Below are positions 18,860-27,018 of a DNA stretch of 32,000 bases, piece after piece. The stretch comes from Candidatus Nanopusillus acidilobi. GTDB lineage: Archaea > Nanobdellota > Nanobdellia > Nanobdellales > Nanobdellaceae. Made by a program: the position numbers and the translations under genes. Numbering within the stretch: position 1 is the first letter of the stretch; every line of letters starts with the position of its first letter. Under the pieces are notes generated by a model. It saw only the letters and a list, made by a program, of their open reading frames with translations. It was not told the DNA's origin and did not search any database. Location: positions 360,001 to 392,000 of the forward strand of contig CP010514.1 of assembly GCA_001552015.1 (NCBI GenBank), given 5' to 3'.

Positions 18860-20062
18860 CTATGCATTTGCAACTATTTGAATTACATCTCTATGTTTTA
18901 ATACATAATCTTTTCCTAGGAATTTTCTTGTCCTAACATCTATAGCTCTTACAAAATTCTTTGCCAAATCAGAGTGTATTTTATTTGCAAAATCTATTAC
19001 AGTACTTCCAGGAGGCATTAAAAAACAATCTGGTAATATTCTTCCTTCCTTATCTGCTAAAGAATCTACTCCTCCAGGAAATACCGCTACATATTTTAAA
19101 ACATCAAATACAGTTATATCTAAAATATTTTGAACACCAGTACTTCCAAATTCTTTAAATATATAATTTTCAATAAATTCCAAAGCTTTCTTTTCTTTAT
19201 CATTCAAATCTCCCTTAATTTCAAAATAACTTTCTCCAGGTATATAAAATATTTTTCCTTGTTTATCCAATTCTTTTAATATTAATTCTGCATAACCAGA
19301 TGTAGGTATTATAACTTTATCCGGATATTCTTTCTTTAATCTTTCAAGGTTTTTCTTTGCAATATCTATATTTATATCTACTCTATTTGCTGCAATAATA
19401 ATTGGTTTTGATATTTTTCTAATTTCAGACGCAAGTTCAAATAATTTTTTATCATCATTTATTATATCATAATCCTCTTGATTAATTTTCAATTCATTAA
19501 ATGCTTTTGATACATGCTCTTCTTTTACATTTAATCCAGAAATTAATTTTGCCAATTCTTTATCTAATTCTAAATGTTCATTCTTTATTTTTCTTATATT
19601 TTTTTCTAAATTTTTCTTTATTACACCATAAAACCACCAATCTATTTCTTCTTCATACCATTTTACATCTTTTATTGGATCATAATTTCCAGGACCAATA
19701 TATTGTCCTTCTTCATTTGTTGAACCTGAAATATCTATTACATGTATCAATGCATCTGCCTGTCTTACATCGTCTAAAAATTTATTACCTAACCCTCTAC
19801 CTTCATGTGCACCAGGAACTAATCCTGCTATATCTAATATCTCTATTGGAACAAATCTATATTTTCCCTTTATAAAACCATATCTCGGATTTGATTTAAC
19901 ATTAAATTCTGGTCCGATATCTTCTACTCTAACATATCCATAACCTTTATTTGGTTCTATCGTTGTAAATGGATAATTTGCAATTGCAACATCTTGTAAT
20001 GTTATTGCTTTAAACATTGTAGATTTTCCAACATTTGGTTTTCCAGTAATACCTATTTGCAT
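18860..20062 (-). CDS. ychF: YchF/OLA1-related archaeal GTPase
   Basis: ITGKPNVGKSTMFKAIT, NYPFTTIEPNKGYGYVR, DIAGLVPGAHEGRGLGNKFLDDVRQADALIHVID, C-terminal TGS-like domain. Confidence 0.93.
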   Translation of the reverse strand: MQIGITGKPNVGKSTMFKAITLQDVAIANYPFTTIEPNKGYGYVRVEDIGPEFNVKSNPRYGFIKGKYRFVPIEILDIAGLVPGAHEGRGLGNKFLDDVRQADALIHVIDISGSTNEEGQYIGPGNYDPIKDVKWYEEEIDWWFYGVIKKNLEKNIRKIKNEHLELDKELAKLISGLNVKEEHVSKAFNELKINQEDYDIINDDKKLFELASEIRKISKPIIIAANRVDINIDIAKKNLERLKKEYPDKVIIPTSGYAELILKELDKQGKIFYIPGESYFEIKGDLNDKEKKALEFIENYIFKEFGSTGVQNILDITVFDVLKYVAVFPGGVDSLADKEGRILPDCFLMPPGSTVIDFANKIHSDLAKNFVRAIDVRTRKFLGKDYVLKHRDVIQIVANA

Positions 20063-20111
20063 TATAATTTAATAATAACTATATTTAAAAATTAGAAAAT
20101 TTTTTGATAAA

Positions 20112-20186
20112 TAGCGGGGGGAGGATTTGAACCTCCGACCTGGGGGTTATGAGCCCCCCGGGCACTCCTAGCTGCCCTACCCCGCT
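20112..20186 (-). tRNA. Initiator tRNA-Met(CAU), contiguous
   Basis: AGCGGGGTAGGGCAGCTAGGAGTGCCCGGGGGGCTCATAACCCCCAGGTCGGAGGTTCAAATCCTCCCCCCGCTA; A1-U72 pair and G-C rich anticodon stem typical of the archaeal initiator. Confidence 0.96.
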
Positions 20187-20223
20187 ATATTAAATAAATA
20201 ATTATCAAAAAATATAAAAAAGA

Positions 20224-20514
20224 TTACTGTTTCTTAACAAGTACAATTTCTATACTTGATATCCTTCTCTTTTTACCACTTTGATCTACCTGCCTTTCCT
20301 CAGAATCTATATTTATACTTTTTATATCAACCTGTCCTGCCATAAATTTCTTCCTTATTACTTCTGCTACATCTACTGCTCTAGCTATGTATCTTCCTCT
20401 TGCCTTAATTACAACCTCCTTTGCATCCTGGCTTGTAAATTGCATTGCTACCGCTGTTACATAGTTCATAAATGGCTTATTTCCTATATATATTATTGTT
20501 TGCTCTGCCATCAT
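20224..20514 (-). CDS. alba: Alba DNA/RNA-binding protein
   Basis: IYIGNKPFMNYVTAVAMQF...VVIKARGRYIARAVDVAEVIRKKF. Confidence 0.95.
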   Translation of the reverse strand: MMAEQTIIYIGNKPFMNYVTAVAMQFTSQDAKEVVIKARGRYIARAVDVAEVIRKKFMAGQVDIKSINIDSEERQVDQSGKKRRISSIEIVLVKKQ

Positions 20515-20705
20515 GAGCTTTGTAATTTCTTAATTTGTCTTGTTATATATCCAGCTAACATATTTCTTAATCTCTTTGATGGAACTTCAGCTACAACTTC
20601 TAATATTTTTACATTTTTCTTATAATCTGCAGTAAATAAATTTGCATATTTTTCTAATATTTTATTAGCCTCCCTTCTAAATTTACCATGAAGTATTCTA
20701 CCCAT
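20511..20705 (-). CDS. rps17e: 30S ribosomal protein S17e
   Basis: MGRILHGKFRREANKILEKYANLFTADYKKNVKILEVVAEVPSKRLRNMLAGYITRQIKKL. Confidence 0.92.
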   Translation of the reverse strand: MGRILHGKFRREANKILEKYANLFTADYKKNVKILEVVAEVPSKRLRNMLAGYITRQIKKLQSS

Positions 20706-20757
20706 AATTCTTTATTATAAAAATTAAATTTATAAAAAGATAGCAAACTATAATAAA

Positions 20758-21273
20758 ATGAAAGCTGGAAAACAACCTCCAGAAGATATAAATGTATTCA
20801 TAGAAATACCAAAGGGTAGCAATATAAAATATGAATTCGATGAAGAAGAGAAAGTAATAAAAGTAGATAGAATATTATATACCGCAATGTTTTATCCATT
20901 TAATTATGGATTTATACCAGAAACTTTAGAAGAAGATGGAGATCCATTAGATGCTTTAGTTATTACATATGAATCATTTGTTCCTGGAGTATTAATAAGA
21001 GCAAGACCAATTGGTGTATTAATAACAGAAGATGAAAATGGAATTGATAGAAAAATAATTGCAGTACCACATGAAAAAATAGATCCAAGATTTTCAAATA
21101 TAAAGGATATAAAAGATTTACCAGAAGCAATATTAAATCAAATAAAGCATTTCTATGAACATTATAAAGAATTAGAACCTGGAAAATTTGTTAAAGCTAA
21201 AGAATTTAAAGGAAAGGAAGAAGCATTAAAGATAATTAATGAAGCAATAGATAGGTTTAAAAATAAGAAATAG
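20758..21273 (+). CDS. ppa: Inorganic pyrophosphatase
   Basis: [20 protein letters not shown]...YNYGF-like [43 protein letters not shown]. Confidence 0.96.
   Translation: MKAGKQPPEDINVFIEIPKGSNIKYEFDEEEKVIKVDRILYTAMFYPFNYGFIPETLEEDGDPLDALVITYESFVPGVLIRARPIGVLITEDENGIDRKIIAVPHEKIDPRFSNIKDIKDLPEAILNQIKHFYEHYKELEPGKFVKAKEFKGKEEALKIINEAIDRFKNKK
21256..21265 (+). promoter_or_regulatory. Putative TATA box for C/D sRNA gene 2, inside the 3' end of ppa
   Basis: TTTAAAAATA, centred about 26-28 bp upstream of the sRNA C box. Confidence 0.4.
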
Positions 21274-21285
21274 TAAATATTTTTT

Positions 21286-21340
21286 TAGTGAAGAAGCATT
21301 ACGCTTCTGAAAAAATGATGAAACTATGTTTTTCTGATGA
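21286..21340 (+). ncRNA. C/D-box sRNA (predicted)
   Basis: C GTGAAGA 21288-21294 (one deviation); 12-nt guide AGCATTACGCTT; D' CTGA 21307-21310; C' ATGATGA 21315-21321; 12-nt guide AACTATGTTTTT; D CTGA 21334-21337. Confidence 0.82.
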
Positions 21341-22407
21341 TAATTAAAAAGAGTTTTGAAGAACATTTTAAAGAATTATTAGGAGATAAATATGAATTGT
21401 TTTTAGAATGGTCCTTTAAATTATTAAAGAAATCTATAAGAATTAATACAATAAAAGTAAAGGATAATATAAATTTTGAAAACTTAAAAGAAATATTATT
21501 ATCAAAACAGGATCATTTAAGAGAAAAAGAATTAAAAGAAATATCTGAAAAAATTGATAATTTATATAATTTAAAACAAAATCCTTTTAATTTAAATATA
21601 AATGCAAAAGAAATATTATCAAGAATAAAAGAATATGGATGGGAAATTGAAAGAATACCTTTTTATAAATATGGATTTTGGATAAAGGGAGAAAGAAGAG
21701 ATATTGGAAATACTGTAGAATTTCAATTGGGATATTATTATCCACAAGAAGCTGCATCAATGATACCACCCTTAGCATTAGATTTAAAAAAAGATGATTT
21801 GGTTTTAGATATAGCAGCTGCACCTGGTTCTAAAACAACACAAATTGCAATGCATATGGAAAATGAAGGATTAATAATTGCAAATGATATATCAATTGAT
21901 AGAATTAAAGCATTAAGTGAGAATTTACAAAAAATGGGTATAATAAATACAATTATAACAATGATGGATGGGAGAAAATTATATAAATTAAATTTAAAAT
22001 TTGATAAAATTTTATTAGACGCTCCATGTTCTGGAACTGGTGCAATAAGGAAATCATATAAAACATTAAAAATATGGAATGAAAATACGATAAATAGATT
22101 AGCAAATTTACAAAAGAAATTATTATTAACTGCCTTTGATTTATTAAAAGATAATGGTATTTTAGTTTATTCTACATGCTCTGTTGAACCATTAGAAAAT
22201 GAGTTTGTAATAGATTATCTATTATCTAAAAGAGAAAATGCTAAAATTGAAAAAATAGAAATACCAAATTTAAAGAAATCTGAAATAATTTCTGAATATA
22301 ATGGATATAAATTAGAACATGAAGAAGAAATAAAAAATACAATAAGATTATGGCCTTGGGATAATGATACAGAAGGTTTTTATATTGCAAAGATAAGAAA
22401 AATATAA
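21337..22407 (+). CDS. NOL1/NOP2/sun (NSUN)-family RNA m5C methyltransferase
   Basis: VLDIAAAPGSKTTQIA, DKILLDAPCSGTGAIRKS, LVYSTCSVEPLENEFVIDYLL. Confidence 0.94.
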   Translation: MIIKKSFEEHFKELLGDKYELFLEWSFKLLKKSIRINTIKVKDNINFENLKEILLSKQDHLREKELKEISEKIDNLYNLKQNPFNLNINAKEILSRIKEYGWEIERIPFYKYGFWIKGERRDIGNTVEFQLGYYYPQEAASMIPPLALDLKKDDLVLDIAAAPGSKTTQIAMHMENEGLIIANDISIDRIKALSENLQKMGIINTIITMMDGRKLYKLNLKFDKILLDAPCSGTGAIRKSYKTLKIWNENTINRLANLQKKLLLTAFDLLKDNGILVYSTCSVEPLENEFVIDYLLSKRENAKIEKIEIPNLKKSEIISEYNGYKLEHEEEIKNTIRLWPWDNDTEGFYIAKIRKI

Positions 22408-22414
22408 TTTTAAA

Positions 22415-22489
22415 TGCCCCCGAGGGGATTCGAACCCCCGATCTCCAGGACCGAAGCCCGGAATGTTGTCCTGGCTACACTACGGGGGC
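22415..22489 (-). tRNA. tRNA-Arg(UCG)
   Basis: GCCCCCGTAGTGTAGCCAGGACAACATTCCGGGCTTCGGTCCTGGAGATCGGGGGTTCGAATCCCCTCGGGGGCA; loop CTTCGGT gives anticodon TCG. Confidence 0.93.
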
Positions 22490-24001
22490 TTCATTATATA
22501 TTATTTTTTGATATGAATTAAAATATTCATCAAAGTATTGATCAAATGTATAATTTATATTATATTTCTTTGCTATTTTATTATATATATCTACCAATCT
22601 TTTTGGATAATTTTTATCAGGAATTGAATTTGTTAATTTATGATATTCAAATATCTTAGAAAATGTTTTTTCTCTTTTTACATTTAATTCAGTATTTTCT
22701 TCATTATCTACATTATTTGCTTCATATGTTGATTCAAATTTTCCAAAATTAAATCCTGAATATTCAATTGGATTCATCGTATTCATTAAATAATCTGAAA
22801 AATATTTATCATATATTAAATTTGGTAAAAATAATCCCAAAGAAATATATGGATTAAATACTGTAGAGTTTTTATTATTAAATGGTATATAAACTGATAT
22901 ATCATTTAGATCAAATAAATTAGAAACATATCTTATATCTTTTCCTAATAATGATAATTCTCCATATGCATCTTTTTCTATTAAATATTTTGCAATATTA
23001 TAATTTACTTCTGAAGATTTATCTAAATTATTAAAATCAAATAATGATTTATTTAAATCTTTAATTGATACTTTTCCAATATATATTCCTTCTAAAATTG
23101 TTCCTAAAATATATCCTAAATATAATGTATCTAAACCATATCTATTTGATAAATCAATTAGATCCCTTATATATTCTTCATTTAATATTCCTAAAAATGG
23201 TCCTAAAATATTGAAGGGTTCATATGGATATTCTTTCTTTAAATTATTAACTAAAGGATAAATATAATCATCAAATATCTTTTTATTTTCTTCTTCAGAT
23301 AAATATATGTTCTTATAATTTAAAATAGGGATCCTATCCGATATAGATTGATAAAAATCTTTTATTGATTCTTTTTCTTCTTCTATTAATTCTATATCTA
23401 ATCTTTTATTTTCAATTTTATTATCTCCTCCAATTGATAAACCTGATATATTATGGTATCTATATAATACTGATCCAATTCCACCCTTTGTAACTTTTAT
23501 TTTATTATTTTCAAATATAATTAAATTTCCATATATTGTAAATTTTGATCCCAATCCATTTAACAAAATAATAAAATCTTTTCCACCATATATATCTTTC
23601 AGAGTATTATATAATTCTTCTTTTCTTTTATATATATCTTCTGATATATCATTTTCTAAAAATATAACATTATCATTTTCTATAATTAAAAAATATTTTT
23701 TATCTAATTTTCCATATAGAACTATTATATCATTACCTGTTAATTTAATATATTTACCAAAAGAAGATAAATTAATATCTAAAGAACCTGTTATTGGAGA
23801 TCTATAAATAATTAATGAATTTATATTATCTTTATTTTTTTGATGCCCAACGGAAAATATTGTTAAATTATTTTCAAATGGATCTTTTTCATATGTCTTA
23901 TAATCAAAATGCAAATTAATTGAATGATCCAATGTTTTTGAATCAGTTACATAATTTTTTGATTCTTTTTTATATAAATCTATAAACAATACTCTAATCA
24001 T
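22475..24001 (-). CDS. Divergent, cysteine-free aldehyde:ferredoxin oxidoreductase homologue (probable pseudoenzyme)
   Basis: KDPFENNLTIF, YRSPITGSLDINLSSFGKYIKLTGNDIIVLYGKLDKKYFLIIENDNV, TKGGIGSVLYRYHNISGLSIGG and LSNRYGLDTLYLGYILGTILEG align to AOR signatures; no Cys in 508 aa. Confidence 0.75.
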   Translation of the reverse strand: MIRVLFIDLYKKESKNYVTDSKTLDHSINLHFDYKTYEKDPFENNLTIFSVGHQKNKDNINSLIIYRSPITGSLDINLSSFGKYIKLTGNDIIVLYGKLDKKYFLIIENDNVIFLENDISEDIYKRKEELYNTLKDIYGGKDFIILLNGLGSKFTIYGNLIIFENNKIKVTKGGIGSVLYRYHNISGLSIGGDNKIENKRLDIELIEEEKESIKDFYQSISDRIPILNYKNIYLSEEENKKIFDDYIYPLVNNLKKEYPYEPFNILGPFLGILNEEYIRDLIDLSNRYGLDTLYLGYILGTILEGIYIGKVSIKDLNKSLFDFNNLDKSSEVNYNIAKYLIEKDAYGELSLLGKDIRYVSNLFDLNDISVYIPFNNKNSTVFNPYISLGLFLPNLIYDKYFSDYLMNTMNPIEYSGFNFGKFESTYEANNVDNEENTELNVKREKTFSKIFEYHKLTNSIPDKNYPKRLVDIYNKIAKKYNINYTFDQYFDEYFNSYQKIIYNEAPVV

Positions 24002-24037
24002 ATAAAATAAATAATTCTTTAAACTATATTAAATTAT

Positions 24038-24120
24038 GGACCCGTGCCCGAGAGGCCAAAGGGGATCGGTTCAGGTCCGATTGGAGAGATCCTTCCGGGG
24101 TTCGAATCCCCGCGGGTCCA
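24038..24120 (+). tRNA. tRNA-Leu(CAG)
   Basis: GGACCCG...ATCGGTTCAGGTCCGAT...GGGGTTCGAATCCCCGCGGGTCCA; class II variable arm GGAGAGATCCTTCC. Confidence 0.96.
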
Positions 24121-24148
24121 TATTATAAAAACAAATTTAATCTAATTA

Positions 24149-24742
24149 CTATTTATTTAATTTGCTTTCCTTTAATTTATTTAAAAATTCCGCAAATTTT
24201 TTAGCAGATTCTTCTAATAATCCTTCTTCATTATTTATTACTTCTACTATTGTACCATATTCAAACATAAACATTGTAGTAAAATATATTGTTAGATTTT
24301 GTTGAATTTCAATTCTTTTTAAATTTTCTATATCTCTTCCCCTTATTTGAATATCTTTTAATCTTCTAACAAAAATTTTATCTGGATCAGAAACTATTAC
24401 TGCAATACCATCAGGTCTTAAAATTTCTGCATACTCTCTTAGCATACCTGGAATATATCCTTCATATGATTCTATTACTAAATGAGTATCTAAAATTATA
24501 TCACTTTCCTTTTCCATTTCCTTTATTCTCTTAATTGCTTCCTTTTGTATTTCTTTTTGTTGTTCAAATGTTAATTTCTTTCTTATTTCATCTCTATTAT
24601 TTATATTATACTTCTCTTTTGCTAATTCAAACATTATATCTCCAGTACTTACAACTTTAAATTCATATTTTAAGTATTTTTTAGCTTCATTAATTACCGA
24701 AGTTTTTCCAACACCAGGTACTCCTACAACAATTACTATCAT
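24149..24742 (-). CDS. adkA: Adenylate kinase, archaeal type
   Basis: VIVVGVPGVGKTSVINEAKKYL, VSTGDIMFELAKE, ILDTHLVIESYEGYIPGM. Confidence 0.9.
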   Translation of the reverse strand: MIVIVVGVPGVGKTSVINEAKKYLKYEFKVVSTGDIMFELAKEKYNINNRDEIRKKLTFEQQKEIQKEAIKRIKEMEKESDIILDTHLVIESYEGYIPGMLREYAEILRPDGIAVIVSDPDKIFVRRLKDIQIRGRDIENLKRIEIQQNLTIYFTTMFMFEYGTIVEVINNEEGLLEESAKKFAEFLNKLKESKLNK

Positions 24743-24848
24743 AAACTAAATAAATACTATGAAAAATAAAAGATTTATTGAAAAGATAATTTTTATAACA
24801 ATCTAAAATAATTTTCAATATTTTGAATTATAAAAATATAATTTTAAA

Positions 24849-24932
24849 TGCGGCGGAGGGGATTTGAACCCCTGGCGGATCTTATCCAATCGGACCTCAA
24901 CCGATCCCCTTTGGCCTCTCGGGCACCGCCGC
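24849..24932 (-). tRNA. tRNA-Leu(GAG)
   Basis: GCGGCGGTGCCCGAGAGGCCAAAGGGGATCGGTTGAGGTCCGATTGGATAAGATCCGCCAGGGGTTCAAATCCCCTCCGCCGCA; anticodon GAG, class II variable arm. Confidence 0.96.
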
Positions 24933-24996
24933 GTATTTTATTTTATATTTTCCAAAATTTTAAAATATAAGAGATAATATTCATGAAACAAATAAA

Positions 24997-25503
24997 TTAA
25001 CAACAATGTAAATTTTCTTTATTATTTTTTGAAATCTTTAGTTTTTTAATATCTTTTCTTTTATTCAATCCTAATAAAAATATTAAATTAACTATAAACA
25101 AAATATCACTAACAATTAATAGAATTTCTCCAAATTCAAATATATTTAATCTAAATATTGGAGCAAGAGTTGCAACTAAAATTGCAAAAGAACCTGTACT
25201 ACATCCAACTAAACATGCTTGAAATCCGGCAAAACCAAATATTGCAGAAATAAATGATAAAATATTTCCTGCGTAAAATTTCCTATAATTAATTATCATA
25301 AAAGATATTAAAGCAAAATTTAAAGAAAATAAAATTACATATGAACATGCAAGGATTTTTATATAAATTGAAGCTAATAACAAACCCAAAAATATTGATT
25401 TAATATAAAAATAACCAATTAGAAAAAATATTATAATTAAAATAATTCCAATTTTACTTTTTATCATATCTTTAAAAATGTTATTCATTTTTATAATATT
25501 CAA
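24997..25503 (-). CDS. Membrane protein, hypothetical
   Basis: 168 aa, multiple TM segments, FAGFQACLVGCSTGSFAILVATLAPI motif. Confidence 0.6.
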   Translation of the reverse strand: MNIIKMNNIFKDMIKSKIGIILIIIFFLIGYFYIKSIFLGLLLASIYIKILACSYVILFSLNFALISFMIINYRKFYAGNILSFISAIFGFAGFQACLVGCSTGSFAILVATLAPIFRLNIFEFGEILLIVSDILFIVNLIFLLGLNKRKDIKKLKISKNNKENLHCC

Positions 25504-25542
25504 AATATCTTTTTAAATATTTTTTCTAATTATTTGAAATGA

Positions 25543-26979
25543 ATGACAATCGGTGTAATTTATATATATAATACATTAACAAAGAAAAAGGAAATATTTG
25601 AACCAATAGAATATCCTTTTGTAAAAATATATCATTGTGGAATAACTCCATATGATACATCACATATAGGTCATTTAAGGTCAGAAATTTCTTTAGATAT
25701 TATAAGAAGAATATTCAGATATTTTGGATATATAGATATAGCAATTAGCAATTTTACAGATATAGATGATAAAATAATAAAAAGAGCAAGAGAACTAAAT
25801 TTATTAAATGATTGGCAGAAAATACCTGAAGAATATATAAAATATCATTTAGAACAAGTAAAAAGATTAAATAATTTACCATTTTATATAAATCCAAGAG
25901 TTACAGCACATATTAATGATATTGTAGACTTTATAAAGGATTTAATAAATAAAGGATATGCATATAGAGGAAAATATAGTATATATTATGATATAGATAA
26001 ATATCCATATTATGGACAACTATCAGGAACAAAAAAAGAACAATGGGAACAAGAAACAGAATTTTTAGAAGATAAAAGACATACATATGATTTTGCATTA
26101 TGGAAATTTAAAAAAGAAGATGAACCATATTGGAATACAGAAATAGGAGAAGGAAGACCTGGTTGGCATATTGAATGTTCTACAATGTCATCAAAATATT
26201 TAGGACCACAATTTGATATACATTCAGGAGGTCAGGATTTAATATTCCCACATCATGAAAATGAAATTGCACAATCAGAAGCTAGATTCAATAAACATCC
26301 ATGGGTAAAATATTGGCTACATTTTGGATTTATAAAAATTAGAGGAGAAAAAATGAGTAAAAGTTTAGGAAATATAATACCTGCAAAGGAATTTTTAGAT
26401 AAATATGGAGAAGATATTACTAGATTTTATATTGGATCTTATCATTATAGAGAACCAATTGATATAAATGAAGAAAGTATAAATCAAGCAAAAGAAAATT
26501 ATAGATATATAACTTCAACAATTAAAACAATTGTAAATGAAATAAATAGTTTAGATAGAACATTTTATTTAGATGATAATAAAATAAAAATATGGAAAGA
26601 ATTATTAAATTATGAAAAAGAATTTATAAATAGTATAAAAGATGATTTTAATACAAGAGAGGCTACAAGAATATTATTAGAAGCAACAAATTATATAAAT
26701 AAGAATGTTATTGGATCCGAAACATTTACATTATACTTTACTTCATATAATTTCTATAATATTGCTTCAAGAATTTATGGATTATGGGAAGATATATTTT
26801 ATGGAAGAGAAAGTAAAGAAAATCTAACAAATATTTTATTAAATATAATAATAGATATTAGAAATGAATTAAGAAAAAATAAAAATTATGAATTATCCGA
26901 TAAAATAAGGGAAGAACTTAGAAAAATTGGTATAGATTTATTAGATCAAGGAAATAAAACAATATATAGATTTATATAA
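25543..26979 (+). CDS. cysS: Cysteinyl-tRNA synthetase
   Basis: CGITPYDTSHIGHLRS, GRPGWHIECSTMSSKYLG, HSGGQDLIFPHHENE, GEKMSKSLGN. Confidence 0.97.
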   Translation: MTIGVIYIYNTLTKKKEIFEPIEYPFVKIYHCGITPYDTSHIGHLRSEISLDIIRRIFRYFGYIDIAISNFTDIDDKIIKRARELNLLNDWQKIPEEYIKYHLEQVKRLNNLPFYINPRVTAHINDIVDFIKDLINKGYAYRGKYSIYYDIDKYPYYGQLSGTKKEQWEQETEFLEDKRHTYDFALWKFKKEDEPYWNTEIGEGRPGWHIECSTMSSKYLGPQFDIHSGGQDLIFPHHENEIAQSEARFNKHPWVKYWLHFGFIKIRGEKMSKSLGNIIPAKEFLDKYGEDITRFYIGSYHYREPIDINEESINQAKENYRYITSTIKTIVNEINSLDRTFYLDDNKIKIWKELLNYEKEFINSIKDDFNTREATRILLEATNYINKNVIGSETFTLYFTSYNFYNIASRIYGLWEDIFYGRESKENLTNILLNIIIDIRNELRKNKNYELSDKIREELRKIGIDLLDQGNKTIYRFI

Positions 26980-27018
26980 AAATTATCATTTTTTAACTTT
27001 TTTATTAAAAATAAGTGA

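Noticed and set aside
18961-20625. Plus-strand ORFs 18961-19158, 19501-19875 and 20281-20625
   Set aside because: Antisense to the YchF-like GTPase and Alba/S17e genes; Leu/His/Tyr-rich shadow composition.
21587-21823. Minus-strand ORF 21587-21823
   Set aside because: Antisense to the NSUN methyltransferase.
24038-24932. Near-perfect inverted repeat (CCCGAGAGGCCAAAGGGGATCGGTT...) considered as transposon terminal repeats
   Set aside because: Fully explained by two tRNA-Leu genes; the enclosed gene is adenylate kinase, not a transposase.
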